A stretch of 64,000 nt of DNA from contig ADNK01001475.1 of assembly GCA_000320545.1 (NCBI GenBank), forward strand, positions 37,900-101,899, read 5' to 3'. This DNA is from Bigelowiella natans CCMP2755 (Eukaryota; Protista; Cercozoa). This document shows, piece after piece, positions 46,880-60,466 of this stretch (the first letter of the stretch is position 1; each line of letters opens with the position of its first letter). Under the pieces are notes generated by a model, which saw only the letters and a list, made by a program, of their open reading frames with translations, was not told the origin of the DNA and did not search any database. The position numbers and the translations under genes are program-made.

Positions 46880-49849
46880 TCTCATCGTCGTCGTCGTCGT
46901 CGTCACATGCGATGAAAGAGAAAGTGACGGTGATGGAATATACGAACATGCCTGGGCTGTTGAAAATCGTCAATTCTGAGTTCTTCTATTTTGATCTCCA
47001 TTCCAGATAATAGTCTTCGGAATTATAAGAATAAGCACAAGAAGGAAGTAAAAGTAAGTAGCGATCATGAAAAACGGCATGAAATCCTTCAAACAGAAGA
47101 GTGGAGTGAGCATTCCTTGGCTGAGCTACCACTTGCAGTGAAGCAACTTTGTAAGTGCCTTGATCTCAAAATTGGTGATATTATGGCGGGAAGGAAACAG
47201 CACAGTAAATGGTTACAAAAGGATATTGAATCGGATGAGCTCTACAAATTTGGTGTGATTATTCATAAATTGACAACATTTGGAGAGTCTCTTTCATGCA
47301 TAATCTTTTCCCCATTTTGATTTCTGACGGTTCTACACACAATTTGGAATTATCTTTAAAATTTTTATATTATATTTATATTATACTCTACTTTAGCGCT
47401 GTCTTTAATTATGGGGGGTGGTGAAACTTATAACCATTCTTTGTTGTCTTTTAATGCTATCTCTATGTTCACACTGAATGATTTTTAGTTTCACATACTT
47501 ACTAGTTGGAAACTCATTCTCCTTTTTTGGTTCTTCCTCCTCCTCCTCTTCCTCCCCTCTGCGCACATACTCTATCATCAAGCGCGTTCAATATACAATG
47601 GTTTTCATTTCATGGTTGCCGATAAGAAGAAAGGGAAAGAGCTGATCATTTCAGCAGCGAGGCGGGGCAGTATCGTAGCAGAAGGCAAATGCTATCACGA
47701 GGGATGGGGAGTGGAGAAGGTAGATAGTCTGATGCGTTGAAAGTTGCCATCCCCTCCTTCTCCTCCTCTTATCGTTAATGTAATAATCAAGGGCGTTCAT
47801 AACCTTCATACTATCCATGATCATCATCACCTACATCATCTTAAGATAAAATTTCTTGCCGTTTTACATGATTGCCCATTAGAACGTTTCAAAGGCTATC
47901 GAGTTTTATCTGAGGGCGGCCGAGAGTGGCAACTCGTGTGCGCAAAACTTAATGGGGACTTGTTATTCCAAGGGAGAAGGGCATCTTGAGAAGGATGGCA
48001 AAAAAGCCATTCATTGGTATCGTAAAGCAGAAGCTCAACAACACTGCGGTGCTCAGTGCAACGTGGGAAATTGTTGGAGAGACGGGGAAGGCACAGGAGG
48101 AAAAGTGGACTTTAAACGGGCTGTTGAGTGGTATGTATTTTGTTGTTCTTTCATGCTCATCCCCTTTCTACTGCCAAGATAACTACTCTAGTATGTAGTA
48201 ATTTTTACTGCTGATGCAGCTGCTGCTAGTGATAAAAATAACGATGAGCAACAACATAGGTACCGAAAGTCGATCGCTCATGGAAATAGTTTCGCGATGT
48301 TCAATCTTGCAATATGCTATGAGACAGGGGAAGGAGTATCTGTGGACTTCACCAAGGCTGCTGAATGCTATAAGCAAGCAGCAAGACAGGGAAATGCTGA
48401 CGCACAATTTAACCTTGCCATTTGTTTTGAAACGGGTGATGGTGTGGAACAAGACTACACCAAAGCTGTTCAGTACTACAGGTCGTTAGTGGTGGTGATG
48501 AATACTAATGCGAACTACGAAACACTTTTCATTCAAAGTGTGCCCCAAAGCTCGCTGTCGTCATCGTTGTGTGCTCTTGTGTGTTTGCGTATGTGTGTGT
48601 TTGTGTGTGTGCATATGTTTTACTACATAGAGCTGCAACTGAAAGTGGAGATTGCAGAGCAATGTACAACTTAGCACACTGTTTTGACTCGGGCAAGGGA
48701 GTAACTCGCGACCCTGCGGAAGCGGCCTCATGGTCATTACATCAAGACAATCATGAGATAGATCGATCGTCACTGATGCAGCACCCTCCTCGACTTTTTG
48801 ACACCATATACGTGATCGTGATTACTGACTGAGTTCCACAAATCATCGAAGATGCCACAAAAATATGTGTAATAATTAGGTACCAAAGGTCAGCTAAGCT
48901 GGGGCACTCAGGAGCACAATGGTAGTCGTAGTAGAAGGAATGATAGTACTGGTAGCAGAAGTAAATGTGGTGGTAACAATGATGGATATTGTTGGAGCAT
49001 AGTAAGAGTACTGGCAGTATTAGTAGTAGCAGTAGTGATGGTGAGGTAGAAGCAGGGATAGCATTAAGATAGCTCGAAATTACCGATGAAAGCATTGATA
49101 AAATACCACATCATGCAGTAATCTAGGGAATTGCTTTCGCAATGGAGAAGGACTTTCGCAGGATTTCGAGAAGGCAGTATATTGGTATTATCAACGGCAC
49201 GATGATGATATCGGACAATGACACAATAGCAATGTTGGAACACAGCAATGTAATCCACCTCTCTCCTTACTCAGGTATTCTGAAGCAGCAAAACAAGGAA
49301 ATAGCGATGCACAGTGCAATTTAGCCCACTGCTACAATGGGGGAATGGGAGTGTTACAAGACCATAAGCTGGCTGTAGAGTGGTATAGGAAATCAGCCAA
49401 AAGAGGCCATTCTGGAGCACAAGGTAGTAGCAATAATAGTTAGTAGCAGTGGAAGTAGTATTTAGGTTCTATCATAAAGGCGGTAATGTTGGATACGCAT
49501 AGAAGCAAGCTGACTTCGAGGACGATGGATAGCATGAAGCATGAAGCGAATTTTGTGTGTACACTTCGATTATATATCCCTTCTTACTTCTTGCGATTAC
49601 GTCTATGTTGGTTGTTCCGTGTACCAACTCTGAAAAAGCATCTTCACCTTCATGTAGTTATTGAATCACTCTTTCCTGCCGATATAATCTTGTTCCTTAG
49701 GTGTGCTTGGTGACTGCTACAGGGCTGGAGAAGGTGTTACAAGAGACTACAAGCAAGCAGTGCTTTGGTATCGCAAGAGCTCGAACCAAGGAAGTCAGGA
49801 CTCTTTGTGGAAATTGAACACTTTAATGAAAGTCCTAAACGATTTTTAA
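46400..49849 (+). CDS. Sel1-like repeat (SLR/TPR) protein
   Basis: About 8-9 Sel1 repeats: AQNLMGTCYSKGEG..KDGKKAIHWYRKA, AQCNVGNCWRDGEG..VDFKRAVEWY, MFNLAICYETGEGVSVDFTKAAECYKQAA, AQFNLAICFETGDGVEQDYTKAVQYY, LGDCYRAGEGVTRDYKQAVLWYRKSS; stop TAA at 49847-49849. Confidence 0.9.
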
Positions 49850-49879
49850 AGACTTTAAAGTAGTTTCAGCTCATCATCG

Positions 49880-51064
49880 CATCGTTTGCGACACTTAACA
49901 GCAATGTAAATTCATTGACGGTAGCATGCAGGCATCGACGTAGCATACATGTGGGAGCAAACTAGCAAGTGCTACGTGAAAGCTGCACATGTCTACACCA
50001 TTGTTCATTATATGGACATTATGTTGCATCAGAATTATCTCTGGAGCTTGGTCGCTCGCGTCGCAGCTGCTGGCAGTCACGTTTCTGGCCGGTTCTTGCT
50101 AGCTTGGTGGAAAAATCAACTTCCTTGATCGATGGAAAGTGGCGGATGTGCATCACATTGCCGACTCCATTGAAAATGCTAATCATTCTAGCCACATGCT
50201 AGCATGCTGCAATGCGCCGAATGGACAGAGGAAGAAAGATTTGTTGATGACAACTCATTGCGCGCGACACACGACGTGTGCAACACGATGGCACACGCGC
50301 AGGCTAGCAGGCAACGTGCACGCAGGCAACACGACCAGAACACCGCTGCCAACGTGAAGAAGAGGAAGCGTTTGCAGAAGGTGGAAACGCATCCGAAGTG
50401 ATTCCAAGAAGAAGAAAAGTTGTCGGTTGATTGATTCGTGTGTGTTCCCCACTTCGACACTTCGACACTCCAACAATGATCGAGGTGGTGTGCCTCAAAC
50501 AGCTTGTGGCACAGGCAGAAAGCGAGAAAGCGATCAGTAGACCTCTCTGTAGTCGGATGACCTGAAATGCAAGTCCTTTTTCATCTGCGACTGCCTTACA
50601 ACCGGGGATCTCTCAACTTATCTCATCAACACGATGAATCAAAGAGCTCATTTCATGCAGAAAGAATGAAAGAGAGGCAATCAAGTGGCTGCGACAACAT
50701 TTTAATGTGCGAATGCTCTAGATGCTAGTACTTTTGGCCTTCATTTGAGGAGCAAAAGACGCATAATCTGAGGAGCCTCATTGTGTGGCCAACCTACGTG
50801 CTCTTCTTCTTCTCACCCCCGATGGGCGATGGGCAGGGGTGGGACTGCACACTGGTATTTCTTGCTGACAACTATGCACAGTGTCTTCAATTTGTGGAGA
50901 CCCTTGGATGCAGTGAGGACCAACACAAAAGGAAGCGAATGGATGAGGAAACTTGGTGGAAAACTAACGCCAATGAAGCCAGTGCAATGTCGGCTGAGAT
51001 CATTCAGAACTTTAAATTCGCTGCCGACAGTCTCTCTCCGACGACAACAGAAAGGATTATATAG
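49880..51064 (+). pseudogene. TpA-depleted spacer carrying eroded ORF fragments (50204-50401, 50783-51064) of unknown origin
   Basis: 50200-50530 is almost TA-free apart from gctag. The fragment WTEEERFVDDNSLRATHDVCNTMAHAQASRQRARRQHDQ has His/Cys where Tyr would be plausible. No family recognised. Confidence 0.35.
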
Positions 51065-51310
51065 TGCCACATCACGATTTCCAATGCGATTGAGAGATCG
51101 AGAAAATGTGAGTGAACTTGCACACAATACATGCATTTTATGATATATTAGTGAATGGATGATGCTGCTGCTGCTGCACACCAAATGGAATCTTTGTGCA
51201 GATAGAGACATCTCTCATGAAACCAAAAACGTGATCCAATAATTTTTCCGAATGGCATCAAGTATAATGTTGATCTTCTCATCATTCCACACTAATCCTC
51301 ATCACATGTC

Positions 51311-52036
51311 TTGCAGTACCTTGCCAGCCGCTGCAACTCTGTAGCAGTCGCTGCATCAAGTAGCCATCCTCTACGCTACCAGCCCCTTAGTAGACTATGT
51401 CAAGTTTACGTATCCTTTCCCTCCTCTGCTTCTTCTTCTTCGTCTTCTTCCATGAACGGTGTCGGTTGGAATAAAACTTCACCCTCTTCCTCAACATATT
51501 CTTCATCCCCCTTGTCGTCATCACCTCGATCACCCTCTTCCTCAACATATTCTTCATCCCCCTTGTCGTCATCACCTCGATCACCCTCTTCCTCAACATA
51601 TTCTTCATCCCCCTTGTCGTCATCACCTCGATCACCCCCCTTTAATCATCGTGGGAATCATCAATTTCCAACCCCCTCTCGACCACCTATTTCTTCTTCT
51701 TCTTCTTCTTCTACTACTTCGTCATCATCATCATCATCATCATCATCACCATCACCATCATCCCTGCCTACTTCAAAGGGAATTGGGTTTCGTCAGAATG
51801 GCACCTCCCTCCCCCTCCCCAAGGCGTCACGGTCGGTGGGGCAGTCATCAGCTACTCGTCGATACGACAATAGCAATGGTAGAGTCAATTTTATCAAGAG
51901 AACAGCAGCAGCAGGAAGAGGAAGGGGGGGGGAAGGAGGAGGAGCAGCTCCCTCAATTCAGGGCCAGCGGATACTACCGAATCGAACCTCATACCAACAA
52001 CAACAGAAGAAGAACCAACTACACCACCACCACCAC

Positions 52037-52072
<36 letters not shown>

Positions 52073-53294
52073 TTGCTTCTTTTAAAGCCATTGCGGCCAG
52101 GAGAGACGCATTCTCCGACTGCTTCTCCAACATCCCCATTTCATGCCGCAAGTGCCTCGCCATATCATCAAAGGCAGCAGCAGCAGCAACAGCGGGCAAC
52201 TATCCGATCAAGGTGCTTGACGACTGGCACATGCTCACATGATGATGATGATGATGATGATGTGATGATGATGATGATGGTTTATATTGTCGTAGTTGAT
52301 TCTCATTCTTTCTCTTTCTACGACTAGTAGGCAATCGTCGATCATATCTTCAATGCTACCTCGATTTCGCAGCAATGAAAACAAGACAAGTAGGATGATG
52401 AAGAAGAGTGAATTTCGAAGAACATTTGTGGATGATGGGACTGCTACTCCTCGAGATCGGTCTACCTCACCGTCGCCCAAATCATCACCACCACCAGGAG
52501 AAGTGGTACTTACTTGCTTACTAACTTGTTGCACACACATCCTACAATGCATATCTCCCCCTTCTCCCCGTCTAACAAAGGCAAGCACACACTCACTCTT
52601 TCTTAACTACTGCTGCTCTCCCTCTTGCACACGCACACACAGTCGTCGCAATACTGGGATAGTCGTCAAGGACGCTATGACTTGAAAAAGCTGGATATTG
52701 CCCTGTCCTACTGGATTGAGGACCTTGCCACCGCACTCATGGGAGAGCCGAATATAGCACTAAGCTCTGGTAGTGACGGATTGTAGCGGATATGATTACA
52801 GCTGCATTTCCAAGCATATAGTGTTGTTATTATTGATGTTGCTGTTTGTTGTCATCGACGATCCCTCTTATTCTCCTTAAAGTAGAGTCATTACTACCGT
52901 AATGGATGCATGTTATATGTGTGCTGCTTGCTGCAATGCTTCTTCCCATATCAAATCTACATAGAAGAGGAAATGAGGTATGGCAACAAAGGCTCTTTTT
53001 GCGTTACGACTGATGGGAAGTTCCAGGGACGATGGTATGATTTCGAGACTGGAGAGGTGATATATAAGTAGTAAGTAGTAGTAGCAGTGAGTAGTAGTAG
53101 TCGATGATGATGATGACGATGGCGTTGGTGATGGTGTACCTAGACGGCAATTCTCAGGATGGATGATGATATATTGCACGAGAAACAATAATGTTGTTTC
53201 GATACAATATATCGTTAACAGTTTCTGTATTCTTCTTCGTCACAGAGATTTTCCTCGGATTAAGTTGTTTTCCACAACAGCAGCTACTAATAAT

Positions 53295-53326
<32 letters not shown>

Positions 53327-56300
53327 TCTAATTTGTTGTTGACATCTTCAAAGAACGGCGGCCCTTTGAAGCTAATACAAGCTAAGATAGACTCGGATTT
53401 CAGAACAGCCCTCCACTACGCTCTCAAGGTATGCATGATTGATTGATGATGAGATATAGTGTCTTTGTGTTACAGAAGTCGTGTTTTTGAATTATTCTTT
53501 GCATCCCTATCGAATTATGAATATCCAAATTACATTATTAGAAGTCCAATTCATCATCTTTCTACTTGTCTAAATATGCGTAGTTCGTTGTGAAACAAGA
53601 GCATGAGAAGGGCTCCGTCCTATACAACAATAACAACAACAACAACGGCAGCAGTAGCATTGGGGATCATAGTAGTTATCCTCCCTCCTCCTCTTTATCA
53701 TCATCATCATCATCATCACCGAGATTAGCGTATGATGTATCTGAGAATGCTGCTTCAAGAGGTGAATAATCTTATTATCCTAATGCTGCTTATGCAATTA
53801 CATCTATTGTTTTATGATCTTCCCCGAAACCAAAACTTACTACTTCTCGCTCGTTTCTGGTGTCAGGCACCGGAGTAAGATACTCAAAGGAGGAAGTAAT
53901 ATCGTTCAATATATATACGTACACACACAGCTACATGTATTGGGGTGGTAGAAAGGGATAGGGGGGAGAGGGAAATTACGCTCATATTTACGGAGTTCAC
54001 TTCTTCATCATCATCATCATCATTATCATCATCATTACCATCCTCACCATCATCATCGTCATTACTGCTCTTTGATGCATTATCAACACAACTATCGTTT
54101 TTGTTATCAAGTGCTGTTTTCTACTGTCTAACGATTTTTCGTCCTTCCCCCCCTTTTGTCCTGCCTCCAATATTAGAGAAGGAATAAGACGAGAGAGTAT
54201 GCCATGCGGCTCTATAGAGAAAGCAGACCCATCATGTAGTACACACCCTGAATAGTAATAATAATGATATCATGATTTCTGGGGCAATATGCATACATAC
54301 TACATACGTACTACTACTCTTTAATTCATGCAACAACAACAACAATAATGATGAATAGTGCTCAATATACAGCTATCACCATGTAGTCCCCCCCCCCCTC
54401 CCCCACCTCAATAAAATTGCTAAGATACGTTTTCATGATACAAAAAGGGGCAGCGTGGCGGAGAAGTACCTCCGTGAGGAGAGGAAGATATCAGCTCCTG
54501 TAGATGCCAAAAGTGTGCGGTTTCATCCTATGGTGCTCACAGGGAGAATCGATGGATTTTTGTAATAATAGACATGTACCCATATTAGACGATACGGAAA
54601 TTGATAAAACAGTCACATCTGGGGGATGTATATATAAATACATGTATATAATGTTGTTAATTCCATGGTTCTTAATGTTTCGTTGCATCTTCTCATCGTG
54701 TATACCACACCACATCCGTATGATAATGTTAGGAAACTTCCTGCTCTTATTGCTGTACTGAGAGATGCTGAGGTGATAGATACGATATACGACGATACGA
54801 GCTAATGATAAACTACTTTCCAAATATGATCATAATGACAACATAATAATATAAAGTGGTGCTTGTCGTGGTGGTGGAGAGCTGTTTCTGCTGTCTTGTC
54901 TTATTTGCTTCAACTCGAGGAGGAGGAGGAGGAGGAGGAGATGCTGCTGCTGCTTTTATCTTGTTAACATATTGTGATATTGTCTGTGCTGCTTTTATCT
55001 TGTTAACATATTGTGATTATTGTCTGTGCTGCTTTTATCTTGTTAACATATTGTGATATTGTCTGTGCTGCTTTTATCTTGTTAACATATTGTCATAATT
55101 GTCTGTGCTGCTTTTATCTTGTTAACATATTGTCATAATTGTCTGTGCTAGATATATGATGTCTAATTGTGTAGTAGTAATCCTCTCATTTACATACCGA
55201 CCATCATCACACGTAAATTACTCACCCTTCTTTCTGCTGCAACACAAACATCAAAATCTACCTCTTTTCAGGGCAATCCATCGTCAATACAAGCTACGTA
55301 TCTAGACCCACAGACAGGAAGAAAACGGGCTAATCTAAATGTAAGTTGTTGTTATTGTTGTTGATGATGATGATGATATGGTGCTGATTGTGGTGGGGGT
55401 GATTTTACAGTACACACTCACACAAACATACACACATACAAACATACACACATACAAACATACACACACAAAAACATACACACACACACGCACACGCAAA
55501 CATACGCTATTGTTTCTCTTCATCACTTTCAAGATTCCAAAGCGGACATACGGTGCATTGAAGGGAGCAGCTGTCACCATATCCAACACAGATCGCCGTG
55601 CTGCGGAGAAGGTAGGATCATTCTTCGATACACACACACACACACACAAAGATATACTGCATACATCATATTCTTTGTCCTCCTTAGATATCCTTCATTG
55701 CGGAAGGCCTCGAAACTGCGCTCAGTATTGGCGAGGTGACTAGTAGTGCCTATACTTTATGATGCCTAAAGCCTATAAGAATAATAAGTATTCTTTCTCT
55801 ATTTCATGTCTAACACTTATTAGAATAAAAAGCACTCTTTCTCATTCGATTTGAAATCTGTGACTACTGATCCTCTCAACTTTATCATTTAGTTTCCTCG
55901 TCCTTTTCCTCCCCCCTCTTCCTCCTCCTTCATTCCTTCTCTTTCTTTCTTTTAAGTGACGATGGCTCTGTGCTGCTGCATTAGGTTGTTAAGGGGCATC
56001 ATATTGTGGCCACACTGGGAAAGCACAACATCAAGCATCTGTTAGGGCATGATCTTGGGGTAACTAGACTACTTCAAACCATCTCGAACGACAACATGTA
56101 AAGAAATATTGGTTTGAGCTCCGATGTTGAGTGTTCGGATATTATTAATCCCCCTCTATACAACGTGGTGTTCTCCTTTATATGTATGGTGTGGTGATTA
56201 TGATCACATCGTCATCACATTACTACTACTACACCAACAGGACACAGTTGTGCTTTGCATCGATAATGACGGAAACGGTACTACTACGACAGCAGCATCG

Positions 56301-56678
56301 TGTTGTTCCACATGATCACACTTTTGTTAGGCTCTTTTCTCAAAGTCAATTTCATTAAATCGACGCTTTTCATCATCATCCCTCCCTCCTTATCCTCAAA
56401 TTAATTGATTGATTGATTGTTGCTATTGTTGCCGTGATGGTCCTCCTCCTAGCTACATTTGCGGATGCGTCTATTCCACGTGCGGTGCTTGAGCTTTATG
56501 AAGGTGGCAAGAAGGTCCTCGTCAGCATGCCCCCAAATGTAAAGACTGACTTTAACGATTTACTGAGAGCGGTCAACGACAAGGGGGGGGGGATGGCCTC
56601 GCCCTCTAGCTATGGCAAGGTAGATTAACGACTGTTACCGATTCGATGTGATTGGATCTTGAGTTCTTGTACATGTGC

Positions 56679-56748
<70 letters not shown>

Positions 56749-57144
56749 CGATATTTTTCCATGCTATTGAAGCACATTGAGTTTCTTGAATATTGTTAGG
56801 AAAATGTGATGCGGTGTTTGTCGCAACGAGTGCCCTGGAATGAGGTATACTAGCATACGTACACACATACTTCTAGGGTTTCTCTCATCACCACTTGGTT
56901 TCAATAATATCAGATTCCAGAGCTGTCAGATGCTGTTAGAGCCCTGCAGTTGCAGAAAATAGAACAGCAGCGACGGCGACAAATGAGAGAAAATTTTTAT
57001 CATCGCCATCATCATCATCATCATCCTCATCCTCCTCATCATCATGATGGCAACAACCCTAGTAATGAGGCGGCAGCAGGGAATAATAACGATGGCTACA
57101 GCAGCACTGATGAAGATGACTTCGATCCGATTTCTCCAGCATGA
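51311..57144 (+). CDS. Bacterial-mobile-element-type DNA primase (N-terminal primase-associated domain + Toprim_3-like domain) with a long low-complexity N-terminus; true start codon unresolved
   Basis: In-phase exons: LATALMGEPNIALSS (52643-52769)|EEEMRYGNKGSFCVTTDGKFQGRWYDFETGE (52965-53056)|NGGPLKLIQAKIDSDFRTALHYALK (53354-53428); EYAMRLYRESRPI; AEKYLREERKI..VRFHP; LPALIAVLRDAE|GNPSSIQATYLDPQTGRKRA; PKRTYGALKGAAV; FIAEGLETALSI (55688-55735); IVATLGKHNI; VVLCIDNDGNG; PPNVKTDFNDLL; stop 57144. Confidence 0.85.
51480..51636 (+). repeat. Exonic 51-bp tandem repeat x3 (SPSSSTYSSSPLSSSPR)
   Basis: caccctcttcctcaacatattcttcatcccccttgtcgtcatcacctcgat repeated perfectly at 51480, 51531 and 51582. 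Confidence 0.95.
54950..55148. repeat. Intronic ~39-40-bp tandem repeat x5
   Basis: ctgcttttatcttgttaacatattgt occurs five times with a ttgtctgtg spacer. Confidence 0.9.
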
Positions 57145-57252
57145 TCTCTTTGCATGAATGACGATGACAATGAACGATGTTGGGAGAAACAGTGGTTGTT
57201 TTGGGACCACACGACTAGTTTCGTTTGTGCGCCATGTTGCTTGTAGGAAACA

Positions 57253-57288
<36 letters not shown>

Positions 57289-57299
57289 GCTGATCTCTC

Positions 57300-58100
57300 A
57301 CTCGCTTAGTATGTACTAGTGTACACGGATGAATCGAGAAGTTATCGATCCATATATCACTCATCAGGATGTGCCATGCACACGTGAATAATAATGCGAA
57401 ATCAATTCACATCCGTCTCATATATCACTCATCGGAATAATGTATCATACACACGTGAATGCGAACCACACCACGCACCAAGTCAATGACGAAAGCCGCT
57501 CGCTCATCATGTGCGATCGTCGAACGTCACGCTAAATAGCAGCTAAAACAATGTTATTGATCAGTAACCAAGCTAGTACATTGTGAGTAACGACGACCAT
57601 GCATATTTTTTCAATATTATCAATAATAAGCTAGTACGTAGACACTGCATGCATGCATGCAGCCTCAATAGTTCACAACATTGTTGTTGTATAACAATAG
57701 ACATACGTATATATCATATATATTATGTATATTATATATACTGTGTCTATAGTCATATATATTATCATGCACATGATCAAGGAATAAGCGCCTGCAGCAT
57801 GCAATAAATACTTCTCAAGCTCATTGCATCTTTTGTGAGGTTATCATGCGATAACAAGTGCGTGATTTTGCTGGATCGATACGGCGCATCCTCAAGGCGA
57901 AGTGCACAGATCTAGAGATGCATGTCAGCTCATGTACTGCGTGTCAGATCGCGACAGTCCTAGAATTCAACGAGCCAATGATGTGAACATATCATTCTAG
58001 ATTGAATGCATTAACTTGGAGAATGAGCCTTAGCATGTATTTAGCACTCAAGATGTATTGTAGGCTGTCATTGTTAAGCAGAAAATTCCTCTATCTTCTC
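57300..58100. other. Weakly TpA-depleted spacer between convergent primase and pyrophosphatase genes
   Basis: gcatgcatgcatgc, cacgtg and gctag motifs alternate with still TA-rich patches (57700-57770). Confidence 0.4.
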
Positions 58101-58168
58101 ACAGCATTTGTGGGTACTAACCTCTTTGCCTTCGCACCACGTACTGCACTATAGTTGGAACTATCAAA

Positions 58169-58670
58169 CTACTTCTTAGCTTTGCCAAAACCACGTGCAA
58201 AGGCTGCCATAGCTTTGAGCTTCATAGAGACCTTTTTCAGCTTACCGACCTGTTACATACGAGTAGAAATGTGTGTTACTGTGTGTGTGAGCTCGATTGC
58301 AATAGCGGATAATATGTTGATAATGGTGAAAATTGTTAATAGCTAGGGCGACATCATCAAACTGCTATCGACACCACATTGAGGACCGACCAAAATGAGG
58401 CGAAATCATCAACACACACTATATTGGCGATAGGAGAAACTAGCCACCTGTCTTCCACAGCATATAGTAGCGATGTATACTGACAGTACCATCATATGTT
58501 TACTTCAGGAATCATGCATTATTACCCTTCGAATCTCTCCAACGCAATCTTTGTTGTAAACAAGCTCCAAATGCCCTGCTTTATCCACGTTATCCTTCTG
58601 TTAAGAAACCGAGGTTTTTTAGTACAAAGTTTGTGTTGCATCATCATCATCCCCATCATCGTTATGTTTA

Positions 58671-58707
<37 letters not shown>

Positions 58708-59072
58708 AGTTCATGCTTTTTTGTTCTTCCTCTAATAGTCGTTTGTGTTTATTATCATCCTGATCATCTTCATCATCAATCGCTCACACACCGAGAGAGC
58801 TTTCTTGTTGGCCTCTGCTGCCTTCTCAGATAGCTTGAAACCGCCCTTGAGAGTTTCTCCAATGGGGGGGACCATAGTTTTCTTACGCGACACCCGCTTT
58901 CCAATATCCATTACACGTGTTTTCTCGTCCATCTTGCAATCAAATGCCTTCTCAGCTAGCTCCTAGTAAAGGGGGAAGAGGAGAAGAAGAAGAAGAAGCA
59001 GGAGGACGACGGGGAGAAGGGGAGGGGAGGAGGAAAAAGTTAATGAAGGCGAAATTATGAATAATTTCCATT

Positions 59073-59108
<36 letters not shown>

Positions 59109-60424
59109 CACTCCTCTTTATATGGCTCGTTATGGTGTTGTCTACGGAGTTATACTACTACCTGTTCTGCATCACCACAGATGATGAGCTGGGACTTGAG
59201 CCTTCCAAAAAAAAGAAAGAAATCATAACACCACGTCAGCAGCAACAGTCAACGACGTCACAAAACGAGGACAATAACAACAACAACAACAGCAAAAGGA
59301 TGAACTATAAAATGACTAATGTATTTGTTTGGTTTTATAATCATCATGATTAGTATTGTCATCATCATCATCATTGCCATCATCATCAATGACTCATTCC
59401 TACTTGATGACGTCAATCACAGCGAAGAACATGTAAGTATCCTGCTTCTCTGCTTTTACAGCCTGTAGTTGTTGTTGTCGTTGATCATGTTAAGAACTGT
59501 CATTATTGATTCAACGAATATATTCACAAAAGAATGTGTCTTTGATCTAAGTCCCACGCAGAATGGTAGGTTTTTGTCATTCCTCGTGTTCTTCACAAAT
59601 TATGGTTGGAAAAAGGCTCTCAAGTGAAAAAAACTGATAGTTTTTATTCGTCACGGCACTTTTTCTTCTGCACACAAAATCGGGATTGATATTATCGGAT
59701 GATGATAATAATGATAGGCCTATCACACTACTACATAGATGACCACCTGCATTTCTTCAATGATCTCCTCTTTGCGCGACAACAGCATATCGACGCCAGC
59801 AGACACGGTTTCACAAACACCGAAGGCAATAGCAACATCTCCAAGGTTGAAGCGCTTTAAATCAGCTAGCAAGATCTCAGGAATTGACGAAATCTGCAGC
59901 ACCTTACTCTTTGCCTGATAACAGCGGCATGATGATGATGATGATGATGATGGTGATGATGAATGATCACGGGTGTGTGTGTGTGTGTGATTGTGTGTGT
60001 GTGTGTGTGTGTGTGTGGGCTGGATCAATCATGTGATGATGCTGCTGCTTAATGATTCATCTTCGATCCCCCCCCCGCATCCTATCATCAGAAGCACGTC
60101 TCTCTTCTCTACGAACGACGGCATCATAAAAGTGTGGTAGTTGTATTTCTAGGAAAAGAGGGTAGGAGAGGGGGGGAGACTAGTATTGATTCGGAAGCAA
60201 CATAGCAATAACAATGTCAATGATAAGAATTGAATACCCTGAATTGTTCTTGTGCGAGTGCATCCACATCTTTCACCCCTGAGCAGCAGCAGCAGTAGCA
60301 GCGAAAATGTGTTGTCGCCATATAACAAACAAATTAGGCTTTAGGCAGTCAGGTGGTGTGCTTGTGTGTGCTGCATGTCGGTACAAGAAACACCCAGGAT
60401 CCAAAGGAGAAAGAGAGAAAGAGT

Positions 60425-60466
<42 letters not shown>

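Noticed and set aside
54950-55148. CRISPR-like look of the 5x ~39-bp repeat
   Set aside because: No unique spacers, no cas genes, eukaryotic intron context; it is a simple minisatellite.
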